Of a DNA stretch of 64,000 nucleotides, positions 10,528 to 21,191 are shown in pieces (positions within the stretch are counted from its first letter, which is position 1; every line of letters begins with the position of its first letter). Source of the stretch: a virus; IMG/VR virus record IMGVR_UViG_3300034159_000051, positions 32,001-96,000 of that record; one strand, 5' to 3'. The translations under genes were made by a program, and so were the position numbers. The notes below the pieces were generated by a model that saw only the letters and a program-made list of their open reading frames with translations, was not told the origin of the DNA and searched no databases.

Positions 10528-11220
10528 ATGAGGCATATCCGTACCCTTCTCGCAGCCGCTGCGCTGCTCAGCGTCGCGGCTTCGGCCCAGGCGGCGGACC
10601 TCTACCCTGGAAGCACGAAAGACGCGCCTGCCTCCTCTTATACGGCAAATACGTGGACTGGGTTTTATGTTGGCGCCGGCGTCACAGGAAACTTTGTGGA
10701 CCACGTTCTTTCCAACCCATCTGGGTCAACTGTGTTCGATGGACTGGCGGCACAAGGCGTGGGAGGGTCGTTCTTCGGCGGCGTGAATTATCAGGTTCAG
10801 CGGATCGTTTTTGGCGTTGAGGGGAACTTCGATCTATCAAACGCCGATACATCGCTTATCGCCTCTGATGACGAGGTTAGGCTTGCCCTCAATCACACTT
10901 GGGGCGTAACCGCTCGTGGCGGCGTCCTGGCCACGCCTCAAACACTGATCTATGGCAAGGTCGGCTATGGCGGCGCCGAGTTTGAGGCCAAAGGAACCAT
11001 TGTTTCGACCAAGAACGCGACAACCTATTCCTCCGAGGGGATGATCGCTGGCGGCGGCATCGAGACGCGAATCTGGGAAAACTTCACGATCCGTGCGGAA
11101 TATTCATGGCTCGGCTTGGACAGCAAGACAATCGAAGATGCAGCCAAGTTCGACACGGACATTCAGACGGTCAAGCTTGGCGTCTCCTATTTGATCCCGG
11201 TCAAAACGCCGTTGAATTAA
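10528..11220 (+). CDS. Outer-membrane beta-barrel protein, Omp25/RopB-like
   Basis: Signal peptide AQA|ADL; WTGFYVG, VFGVEG, GGGIE and RAEY motifs; terminal aromatic beta-strand. Confidence 0.85.
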   Translation: MRHIRTLLAAAALLSVAASAQAADLYPGSTKDAPASSYTANTWTGFYVGAGVTGNFVDHVLSNPSGSTVFDGLAAQGVGGSFFGGVNYQVQRIVFGVEGNFDLSNADTSLIASDDEVRLALNHTWGVTARGGVLATPQTLIYGKVGYGGAEFEAKGTIVSTKNATTYSSEGMIAGGGIETRIWENFTIRAEYSWLGLDSKTIEDAAKFDTDIQTVKLGVSYLIPVKTPLN

Positions 11221-11264
11221 GGGTTTTCCGGGACGGGATTCCCTCCCTTAGACCCGGAAATAGA

Positions 11265-11304
11265 GGCGGCGCTCCATCGTACAGACGGAGCGCCGCCAGT
11301 TTTT
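11265..11304. terminator. Hairpin between the convergent late and early regions
   Basis: GGCGGCGCTCC...GGAGCGCCGCC followed by a T run, at the strand switch. Confidence 0.6.
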
Positions 11305-12811
11305 TAGGACGAACCATCGTCCGATATTTCTTCCACCCCCGCCTCCCTGCGGATCACGTTCCTGATTTTGAGACTTCCGGGGATGGTACTCAGCCAAAGT
11401 TCGGCCCGATGCATAACGCTCAGCAGGGCTTCGATCCGTTCCTCAAGCTCTATGATTTTGGCTTCACTCTCCGTCGGTTCGGTGAAAAATTGGGCGGAGC
11501 GCTCTGCATCTTCATCGACTGCGCTCATGGCTTTGCCTCGGCGGATTGACCATCGAATGTGAAATGGCCGGAATGACCCCACCCGGTACTGTTCCATTTC
11601 AGGCGTATTGATTTGGATGGATTGGCCGGATCGAGACAAAGACCGCCATCGACGCCAGGATTTTGCGCCATCAGGTTCGCAGCGGCCAAGCAAGCGTCCG
11701 CCGACGGGAACGGGATCGAATAAGAGAACGACACCGTCCCGATCTTGCCCGTCAACCGGATATCCGATTTGTAGAAGTGGAAGAGGCCCATAACGGGCGG
11801 GACGGTTTGGGCTTGCGCGCTGGCCGATCCCAGGACCGCGATCGCGGCTAAATACAAGATTCTCAAAGCCAAACCTCCACGATCATCCGATCGTCGTCGC
11901 TCCTACGGGGCTGCCAGAAAAGCTTGCGCGGGAGTTGGGCGCGCACGCTCTCAAGCGTCTTGCCTGCAATGAAATAATCGGTTTGCAGGATCTTCGGTTT
12001 TGTAAAGGACATGCGCGCGACGAACTCTTCCGGGTCGTCAGAGGTTCGGCAAACCGTCCATATCGGGCGCCGGTCCGCATTCTCGACATGGATGATTTCA
12101 AGCGGCGTCAGGGGCGCTTCGACCTTTTTCTCAGGCGTGATATACCGCTGCTTTTTCTTCCCGCCGCCGAACCTGAAATGATTGATCATGGCTTTTTTAC
12201 CTCGCCTTCTGACGCGGCAGCTTCCAGGGTTCCGCTCCACGTTTTGGCGCAGATATCTCCAAAAAACGCCATGTCGTTCACATCCCAGAATGCTCTTTTA
12301 ATGCGCTCTGTTGGCGTCATAGCCGCTAGAGCGCGAAGAGCGGCGCGCATCTTGTTTATCCATTCTGCGGCGGTATCCGGGTTCGCAGCCTTGAAATCTT
12401 CCCATGAAGTCCAGTCCAGCTCGAAAGCGGCTTTTGCCATTACTTCTGCCGGTATTAGTGTCTCGCTCATTGTCATGACATCGCGCTCCTGGGCGGAACG
12501 CGCTGGATCGTATTATCGAGCCCAGAGCTTTTTGCGTTGGCGATAGAGTTGATCACGGCTCTCATAAATCGGCCCAGCGTATTTCCAGCCGCGGCACCGT
12601 CAGGCTCCGACGCTGCGATCAAGGCGCCGGACGCAAGGGCTAAAGCCGCAAGGGCCTCATCCTGCGAGAAAAAGACCTCCTGCTCCTTTGAATCCCCAAT
12701 TGTCACAAGCTTAAAGATCCCGAGGGCGAGCTTATTGGCCCGTTCGTTTTTCTCATCGCAGGCGACTCTCTCGCTGCAGGCGTCGCACTTGATTTCGCAC
12801 ATATCTGCCAT
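11304..12811 (-). other. Five tightly packed small hypothetical CDS (11304-11528, 11525-11872 with signal peptide, 11863-12189, 12186-12476, 12473-12811)
   Basis: Overlapping stop/start codons on one strand; GGGGATCAGA motif at the 12811 start. Confidence 0.6.
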
Positions 12812-12825
12812 CTGATCCCCTTTCT

Positions 12826-13791
12826 TTAGTCCGCCACTATGGCGCTAAGAGCCGCGGCGACTTGTCCGCCGTGGTCTGCTCTATTGTCATCATACCGCAG
12901 AATCGTTTTTATATCCAAGTGTCTAGAGAACTTTCCAACCTTTCTGAAATCGCCGCCAAAAACATCGAGCGCCGCGGTGATGGCGCTATGGCGCAGGCCG
13001 TGCGGACGCGCAATGATGCCGATCTCCTCGCCAAGCTTCCGCACGATCTTATGGATGGCGGACCCGCTGAGTCTTGTATGCGTCGGAGGCGTCGAGAGGC
13101 TGATAAAGAGCGGAGCGTCCGCCGCATCGTCGCCGCGCAGGGCGAGCCACGCCGCCAGGGCGTCGCGTACAACCCCGGCCGGGAGCGTCAATGTCTCGCG
13201 CTCGCTTCGCCCCTTTCCCATTATCGAAAGCGTTCCGTTGAGGTCGACATGCCCGACATTGAGGCTGGCGATCTCCCCTCTCCGAAGCCCGAGGCCAAAA
13301 CCCAACAGCAGAATCGCGACGTCGCGCGCCGCCTTGTTCGGGTTCTTGTGCTCGCCAGCCGCCTTGATCATTTTTCGGACGTTGGCGACCCCAGGCCCCC
13401 GCGTATCGCGGTAGGCTTGCGTAGCCTCCCCCTTGATCTCCAGGCGCAGCTCTGTCGCCCCGAACCCGCGAGCGGCCGTCACGAATGAATTCAGCGCGAA
13501 CAGGCTGCGATTGATCGAGGATGGCGACAAGCCCTCCTTGAGTTTATTCTGCCTCCATGCAGCTACTACGGCGCGGGCTTGGCCATCATCAAGAGCAAGA
13601 AACCACCGGATCGCATCAGCAAGATCGCCAGCCTTTACAAAGGAAGCAAACGCCTTCAATTCATATTTGTAAGCGCGCTTCGTATTGTCCGAGGGGAACC
13701 CGGCCAGCCATAGGCCGAGCGCCGTTTCGGCGGTAATATCCTGGGTAAGCGTCAGGCTACGCCCTTGGCTTATCTCAATTAGATCGTTCAC
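12826..13791 (-). CDS. Tyrosine recombinase (XerC/D-like)
   Basis: RDVAIL..GLRRGEI, GKG, HGLRHS, RHLDIKTILRY: R-K-H-R-H-Y catalytic residues. Confidence 0.92.
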   Translation of the reverse strand: MNDLIEISQGRSLTLTQDITAETALGLWLAGFPSDNTKRAYKYELKAFASFVKAGDLADAIRWFLALDDGQARAVVAAWRQNKLKEGLSPSSINRSLFALNSFVTAARGFGATELRLEIKGEATQAYRDTRGPGVANVRKMIKAAGEHKNPNKAARDVAILLLGFGLGLRRGEIASLNVGHVDLNGTLSIMGKGRSERETLTLPAGVVRDALAAWLALRGDDAADAPLFISLSTPPTHTRLSGSAIHKIVRKLGEEIGIIARPHGLRHSAITAALDVFGGDFRKVGKFSRHLDIKTILRYDDNRADHGGQVAAALSAIVAD

Positions 13792-16700
13792 TATTTTACC
13801 TCGATAAAGGCTTCGGACTGCTTCACCAGCTTGTCGACGGCCGCGCCGATCTTGCCGGGTTCATTCTGGCAGAGGACGATGCAAACATCCTGATCCTCGC
13901 GGTTGATGATCTTGCCCGCTGTAAGGCTGACTTGGCCGGTCCTTAGCACCTCGCATTCGTACCGGCCCCCGCTGTCGATAAAACGCTGGGCCAAGGCCTC
14001 GATGGCAGCGGGCCGATGAATGACGCGCGGCTCGCGGCGACCGTTTGGAAGGAAGAACTGCGTAAAGTTGATTCCCATTGTCTGATCCCTCAAAGAGTTA
14101 GAGTGCTTGATCAACATAGTAGAAGACAAAATACGGATAGCCGCTGGATGCGTTACACCCTTCCGAGATAGCCAAGCCCGTTGTTGGCTTCCCAAAGTAT
14201 GCTGACAGGAATTTGTTCATATCGGCTTTCGTAAATTGGTCAATGCGCTTCCTCGGGACGCTGGCGCACGCTTTCTCCCATGCCGCATTATCCCAGCCGC
14301 GCATCCGATCATCGTAGGCGGCTTGCACGCCTTTGGCCTTTAGCTTGTCGTGCGGGACGGTGCGGAGAATGAAGTGATCCGAGTAGCTGTAGGGATGCGC
14401 TTCTTTGGTCCGCTTTTCTCGTGCCCCCCATTCCGTCCAGTCGTAACGATCGAAAGCCTCCTCTTCCAATCCAAAAGCCGACATTCTGTCCAGTATCTTG
14501 TGTTTCGAAATCATGTCTGATCCCTCAAAAGAGTTAGAACTTAACCGGCTCGCGGTGGCCGCGCTCGATCCAATGCGTCGGAGCGTAGCCCTTGTCTTCC
14601 GCAATCTGCTTGGCCGCAGGCAACGACATGGCTCCATCAAGCTCGATAAGCTCCACGGCCTCTGCGACTTGCTTGCGCAGGTAGAACGGCGCTCGCGTGA
14701 ACTCCCTATCGAAGACGATCATCTCTTCTGGAAAGCCTGGAATTGGCATCGTCTGATCCCCTTGGTTTATATCTCGCGCGCCCGGCCAGTTTCAATTGCG
14801 CCGTTCATTCGCCTCTCCCCGCAGCCGGAACCCAGATTTCAAATTCAGGATCAACCATGCGGACGAATCGAACGATGTCTCCAAATTTGTAGAAATGTTG
14901 GGCCTTAAGCCGCACTCCAAGACGGAGGGAGGCTTCTTGTCTCCTTTCCGGGCCAAGGGCCGAGCAGACAAGCTCGCTGGCGATCTCCCCGTTCCAGCTC
15001 CCATCGTCGTTGATATCGACGCATAGCGCCCACGGCGATTCTCCCGGCAGGCTGACCTTGAAAAACTCACCGACTACCGGATTCCTTAGCTCTCCCGGTG
15101 GCGCCATGATTTGATCCCTTCTCTGACCTCTTCTTGATTGCGGCCTTCGCGGCGGCGCGCGCCTTTTCCCGTGCGCCGTAGGCGATGCAGCCGCTGCTGA
15201 GCTTCTTGCCGTCCGGAAAATACACCTCCCAGAGGTAACCCTTTGTAAGCGGCGGCTCAGACCCCGGATGAAACGGCACGTTAATGACTTCAATCCGCGG
15301 TTTCTTCGGCGTCTCTTTATTCACGATCTGATCCCCCTTAGTGAGTCACGACGCGTTCGTCTTGGCGATGATCATCAGGGGCAAGGTCTTCGCCGCCGCC
15401 GTCATCCTCATCGTCGAGTATGGTTTCGATGTCGATCCATTTTCCTATGAGGACAAGGGAGAGCATGCCCCATCCCGACTGAGAAAGCCAAGCAACCCCC
15501 AGCGCGATCACAATAATCCCGCCCAGGACCATCGCGTTGTTGCGATAGACGGCCAGCGTTTTTTCTTCGTTCATCATTGTTTAGGCTCCGCCTTATTATC
15601 GATTGCGTAAGCTGCAGCCAGCGCGGCTCGCATTTCTTCGAAGCTCCGCACGATGAACGGGTCGCTCCAGCTTCCTCCGGTTTCGCCGGGTCCGGTTTGC
15701 TCTATCGTGTCGCAGCCATACCATTTGAGCAATGCTGCTTCGATGGCTTCCTTTGACGGTTCCATGATCCCGACCTTCATAGTTCTGATCCCTTAGTAAA
15801 TGACTTTCCAGAGCTTATCGGGTCTTAGGTAGTTTGTTCCTCCGCTCATAAAGACGCCTACGAGCAGATCGCCCTCTTTCGTATCTCCGCCATGATAACG
15901 ACGACGGTGATCCGCCAGGACTGTGTCGGCGCGCTTGAAACAAGTCACGCGCTTTGAGTTGCAGGCGACAATATAGTCGATATCGGACCGCGCAGGGTCC
16001 GCTACGCTCTTAAGAATGACGCTATCATCTACCGCAAGGTTGTCTTCTGTGGCGTCTACGAGCTTCATGGATTTGGCCTCTCACTCATCCAAAAATGGGT
16101 CGGCATCGGACGTCCACCCGGCGCCATCATAGACGTCGAGCATCTTGCCATAGCGGAAAAGAGCAACCGTTCGCGTCGGAATCGCATTCGCATTTCTTGC
16201 ATCGAACATCTCAATGGCGATTTGACGGGCGACGCGCTCATCGGTTCCGAGGTGGAACCCGTGTTTGAAAGACGAACCTTCAACGGGCTCGATTGAAAGA
16301 ACGAAAGGCTGGTCGCTTTTCATGGCTCTGATCCCCTATGAATAATATAGCCGTTTTATGGTTATATAGCAAGCCCCTTCTCCGCACATACATCGTCCAA
16401 GAATTTGTCTACCTGCGGCTTATCCTGGTGCGACAGCAGGAGCTTAATCGCGTCGACCAGCAACCCTTCGGTGGAATACTTTTCGCCCTGCAGGCGGGCC
16501 AGCTCTTTCGCGAATTCTTTTTGTCCTGTGCGACAAAGGTGGGTGTATAGCCGATCAAGGATTGACGGAGCCATGACGGTCACTCGTCTTCTACTTCAGC
16601 CAGGATCTCGGACAGCTCCGTCCCCTCGATCCGAGCGTAAGCAAGTTCGGCAAAGCGCCAGCAGGCGCGCTCTTGCGGGTGACGGGCCTTATCGAAGCGA

Positions 16701-18933
16701 TAGCCTTCTGGAACGAGATAGCCCTGAGCTGCGTAGAATTCGCGCGCCAGCTCATTCGCTTGCTTTAATATTTCTTCTGGGGTCTTCATGCTGCATCCTC
16801 CGTATCCCAATTGCGAGCGCGAGCTTGCGCTTTGTAGGCGCGATCTGCCTTGATCGAAAGCGCGGAATATTTCGGCTCGTTGCCTATTTCGTATTGTTCG
16901 CGGGCTTCCCAGAGAAGAGCGTCCGTCTCGCCTTCGCTCGCAAGCTCGGCGTTCAGCATTTCCCACCAAGCAACGAAGCTTAGCTTTTTCTTGGTGAGGG
17001 TCTTTTCCCGTTCTGTGAAGGCCATGATTCTGATCCCTTTTCCGAGTTTTTAATTTAATAAATAACTGCAAGTCTTAAGCACGTATAGCCGAGTTCGGTC
17101 GGGTTCCCGTCCCATATTTTGAGGGCCTCGTCAGCGTCTATTTGACGTCCATGCGCAGCGGAGATGTATTTGCAGATGGCTTCGTCTTTGGACTGAGCCA
17201 TCGAAAGGCTAACCTCTTTTCCGCTTGGATCGATTACGACCCAGAATGTTGTTTTCGTCGCCATGTCAACGCGGCCTTGTTTCGGAAGTGAAGCCGATTG
17301 TGAACTGACGCCAGATCCACGCCTTTTGCTTGACGTCCCAGGCGAACCCTTCGTTTGGGTCATCCGGCATATTGACCTTGATCATGATCACGTTGCGGTA
17401 TTCGTTGATGGCTTGGCGCAGGCAGGTCTTGGTCTTGCGCTGGGTCCAGCCGAGGTGGAGGAAAAGCCCGCCCGGGCCACGAAGCGCCATCTCATATTTT
17501 GTCGTCTTGACTGATCCCATCATGGACATGGTTCTGGTCCCTTGGTGGAGGGCGCTTAATGTGCGCCGCCTCGGCTTGCTCAAACTTGCGCTTTTCGCCT
17601 TCACGAATTAGGGCGCAGATTTTATCGTTGACCTCCGTTTCGATCCCGGCTGCTTCAAGCAAGCCGAGGATGTCATCTTCGAGTTGTGTTGTATCGCCGC
17701 ACTGCACATCGCAATGGCGGTCCCAGGCCTGAGAGGGACATGAGATCATGACCGGGCCGCCTGTTTTCGCTGAAACCTAAGTTTGTCGAGTTCCCAGTAG
17801 GTTGGCATATCGTCATCAAGCGCCGGGGCGATATTCACGCGGACGGCTGAGTCGGCCGGCAGGCAGCGATTAGCCTCGGCCTCGGCTTCCTGCGGTGAAT
17901 CAAACAGTTGCGCGCGCGACCGGTCCGCCCAATAGGCGCCGCTCCGCTCCATCGATGGGAGCAGATAGATGTGGAACGGCTCTGGGATCTGTCCAGGATG
18001 GTTCGGCCCGCGAGCCGGACGGAAATCCGTGGTCGACATCGAACGAACGACCCATTTCTTCTGAAGAACTGCGCGGAGAGCTTTGATTCTTTCTTCGCGT
18101 GACTGTGTCATCTCTATATTCCTCTATCTGATCCCTTGGTGGAGGTGCGCTTAGCGCGCCTCGATAACCTGCCAAAACTCCGAACGAGCGAAGTTCCAAT
18201 ATTTGGCCCTGTAGTCATGCTCTTGCATTAGAACACCTTCAAGGTGAGCAAAAGCATGATCATGGTCGGCCTTCTGCTCGATGGCTTTCATTGCGTGGGC
18301 TCGGCCAAGGTTACGCATGATGTTTTTGCAAGCGGTGCGATAGGCTGGGTTCTGTTCAAGTTCTGAAAGTTCTTCACGGAGCGCCATTTGATTTGTTCCT
18401 ATCTGACCCCTTGAAGGAGGGCGCTTATCGCGCCACCTCGGCCTCGATGATTTCCTTACGAACGATGCGAACGCCTTCCTTTTTGTTCGCGCAGCTTTCG
18501 GAGGCTTGGTCGGCGGCGATGCGCGTGCTGGAAAATCCAGTCTTGAGGGCTTGTCGGTGCTGGCCCTTGAGGACGGCGCCGGTGATCGGATCAAAAGACC
18601 AAGGAATGTCGAGTTCGACGAGCCAGCCGTAACGAAGCGTGGCGTTTGTCGTCGTGCGCGAGATCGCCGATCCGTCTTCGAAGGTCACCGTGAGTTTCCG
18701 TTTTGCCATTTTCGTGCTTCCTGATCCCTGGGGGCGGCCGGCGCTTAGAGCGCCTCCACCAAATTCACCGTATCCATGACGCGGGTGTGCTGCTTCGCGT
18801 TCGGATCAAGGCACTTCACATCGGCCATCCAGCGCTCCTTGCTCCTGCGGGTGCTGAGCCAAGGGCCGTGAACGATTTCGTAGGATTTCCCGTTCAGCTT
18901 GTGTCTGTAAACTTTTCCAGCTTCGAGTTTCAT
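13791..18933 (-). other. About 20 small early hypothetical CDS (e.g. 13791-14078, 14098-14514, 14534-14749, 14805-15107, 15067-15324, 15338-15577, 15574-15780, 15793-16068, 16081-16323, 16362-16583, 16580-16789, 16786-17025, 17055-17264, 17492-17749, 17746-18111, 18425-18709, 18745-18933)
   Basis: Contiguous minus-strand ORFs; many starts preceded by AGGGATCAGA; no recognisable domains. Confidence 0.6.
16344..16372 (-). promoter_or_regulatory. Sigma70-type promoter
   Basis: TTGCTA-17 nt-TATATT on the minus strand. Confidence 0.65.
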
Positions 18934-18966
18934 TTTCGTGTCCGTCTCTCTGATCCCTATGTCATA

Positions 18967-18995
18967 AATATAAGCACTTCAAAGACGGTTGGCAA
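18967..18995 (-). promoter_or_regulatory. Sigma70-type promoter
   Basis: TTGCCA-17 nt-TATATT on the minus strand, in an intergenic gap. Confidence 0.7.
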
Positions 18996-19047
18996 GAGAA
19001 AAACGGTTGCGATAATGCTAATTTAAACAACCGCTCAACCCTTCAGG

Positions 19048-19446
19048 TTAGCGTGCGCATCCGGCAACCTTAAGTGGGTTTATATCCACCCATAGCCGAC
19101 GCCTATTCCATGCAGCAAATAATTCGATGTTTGATTCCGGCGGCGGGTCTTTGGTTGTGAGCAGCGTTTCGAACTCGGCGGCGGTGCGCATCCACTTGAT
19201 CCTGTCGCAAGCGACGCAGGCCGTGTAAATATTATGCAGGCCCGACGTGCCGCCCCGGCTCGCGGGCGTGGCGTGATCGCCGACCGCGCCTTCAAGCGGG
19301 ATCGGCTCGAAACAATACCGACACCGACCGCCGTCGCGCTCATAGGCCAAGAGCTTGATCCGCCGCCGCCTCTTGCTGTTGTGCCTTCCGTTGTTGGCTC
19401 GCGACGTCCGGGCGCAATGTCCGGCGCTGCCGATCACGGCGCTCAT
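19048..19446 (-). CDS. HNH endonuclease
   Basis: ERDGGRCRYC..DHATPASRGG...NIYTACVACD. Confidence 0.85.
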   Translation of the reverse strand: MSAVIGSAGHCARTSRANNGRHNSKRRRRIKLLAYERDGGRCRYCFEPIPLEGAVGDHATPASRGGTSGLHNIYTACVACDRIKWMRTAAEFETLLTTKDPPPESNIELFAAWNRRRLWVDINPLKVAGCAR

Positions 19447-20060
19447 CGGGGCCGCCCCACAAATAGGTCTTTTTGCGACAAATCGACTTTGGATGCAGGG
19501 CGCGGAGAATATTCCGGGGCCGCTTGCCGCCCCCACGAGACCCAGTTGGGACGCTCCCCGCGCGCGAACAACTCTATATAAGGACCGGGAGAACAGGCCT
19601 CGATCAGCGCGTACTGCTCATCGGGTTTTCGCGAGTGCTCCCGCTTGCGGGTGGAGATAGAGTTGACTTGTCTGCGGCCGGGCGCAAGCGTGCGCGCATT
19701 CTTGCCGCGAACTCCGAATAGCAGCAGTTCCGTCACGTTACGGAAGTAGAAGCCGACGCCGCGCCCGTCCGGGCCGCCATCCTTTCGGATCTTGTGCCAG
19801 ACGATGTTGGTTTTGTACATAAATCCCCACGCTTTCATTACCTCTCCGGCCTCAAACAGAAGTGCGTTCGGCGTCCAAAGGTACAGATGGCAGGTCGGCG
19901 CCGCTATCTCGGCGACAGGCAACGCCTTGATTGCGTCCAAGGCCATAGTTTCGTAGCGGTGCAGCCGTCCATGTTCCGGGGCGACCTTTCCCGTCGCGTT
20001 TTGAAACCTCCACGGCGGATCGCAAAGGATAGCGCCGAAGCGTTGATTGGGGAGAATCAT
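19443..20060 (-). CDS. MT-A70 family N6-adenine methyltransferase
   Basis: ILCDPPW, CHLYLWTPNALL, WGFMYKTNIVWHK, REHSRKP and ELFAR motifs. Confidence 0.92.
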   Translation of the reverse strand: MILPNQRFGAILCDPPWRFQNATGKVAPEHGRLHRYETMALDAIKALPVAEIAAPTCHLYLWTPNALLFEAGEVMKAWGFMYKTNIVWHKIRKDGGPDGRGVGFYFRNVTELLLFGVRGKNARTLAPGRRQVNSISTRKREHSRKPDEQYALIEACSPGPYIELFARGERPNWVSWGRQAAPEYSPRPASKVDLSQKDLFVGRPR

Positions 20061-20446
20061 CTGGACGGCCCTTCGAGTGTCGCGATCCGGGCCTGCAGCT
20101 CGCGCCAAATCTTCGGAGCCCGCTGCGCAAGCTGGGCGCGGTCGGTTCCAAGGCCGGCCGCCGGCCAAACGACAGTCACTCCCGCGTCCATCGCCTGCGC
20201 GATTCGCATCCAGGCGCCCATTGTTTTTTCGACCCACTCATCGTAGTTTGCGTCGCAAAGGAAGGCATAGGACGCCATGGATGGCGCGCGTTTGGTGGCG
20301 ATCCCGACGCAGTTCGGCTCGCCCCGGCATTCCTTGGCCTGCCCGCCGAACCCTCGGCGCGCGAAGTTGTCGCCGAACACGTAAAGGCGATCGGGATGGC
20401 GGCGGATTTCAGCTCTGACATACCAGTCAACGATCAGAGCCGGCAT
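20057..20446 (-). CDS. Conserved phage protein (YVFGDN..G.GGQA motif)
   Basis: LYVFGDNFARRGFGGQAKECRGEPNCVGIATK and GLGTDRAQL motifs, which recur in phage hypotheticals. Confidence 0.6.
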   Translation of the reverse strand: MPALIVDWYVRAEIRRHPDRLYVFGDNFARRGFGGQAKECRGEPNCVGIATKRAPSMASYAFLCDANYDEWVEKTMGAWMRIAQAMDAGVTVVWPAAGLGTDRAQLAQRAPKIWRELQARIATLEGPSR

Positions 20447-20729
20447 CGCCACCACTTGCGCGCAATAACGATTGGATCGGACCATCTTTTGATCTCTGCG
20501 TCCGATATGAAGATCGACCCGTTCCCGTAGTTATCTTTGACGCCGTATCCGGGGGCGAGGAGTTCGCTCTGCTTTTTGAATCCGCGCATAGGTCGAACGT
20601 AAAAAACGACGTTGCACGGCATCGTGCGCCAGAGCGAATGGTCCATGAAATATTCGGCGCCATTCGAGACGCGGAACCGGACGCGAGGGAGGTTGTCGGC
20701 TTCCAGTTGCCGGATAGTTGGGATCGTCA

Positions 20730-21191
20730 TCAGCTATCGTTCCGTCTCGGCGGTTGTCCTCTAACTAGAAAATAGATTGCAAACGGTAAAACAAGCACCA
20801 TCAACTGGATGAAAATAGCATTCCCAAGGCACAAACGAGCTTGCGCTTCATCTAGGGTGTATCCAAAATCAACAAAAACATCGGCCAATATTGAATCTGG
20901 TTGCATCCTCGGAATTTTAATTGAAAACAAAGAGACGGACAACTGAAGCAGATTCCAAAGGAATATCCATATAAACAAAATAATATATATGATTTTTACT
21001 ATGAAGTTTTCTGAATATAAAACATAGACCGGGATCACCGACATAAATATTATGTTTGAAAGAACTGACCAAACTGACCAAAACCCAGCATTGATGAACG
21101 AGGATAGATAAGTTTCAATACAAACAAGAAGGATCGCGGAAGCTAGCGCGATCGACAAGGCAACACGGTTGACGTGCAGCGGCATTTGCAT
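20730..21191 (-). CDS. Low-GC multi-TM membrane protein
   Basis: About four hydrophobic helices; visibly AT-rich relative to its flanks. Confidence 0.6.
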   Translation of the reverse strand: MQMPLHVNRVALSIALASAILLVCIETYLSSFINAGFWSVWSVLSNIIFMSVIPVYVLYSENFIVKIIYIILFIWIFLWNLLQLSVSLFSIKIPRMQPDSILADVFVDFGYTLDEAQARLCLGNAIFIQLMVLVLPFAIYFLVRGQPPRRNDS

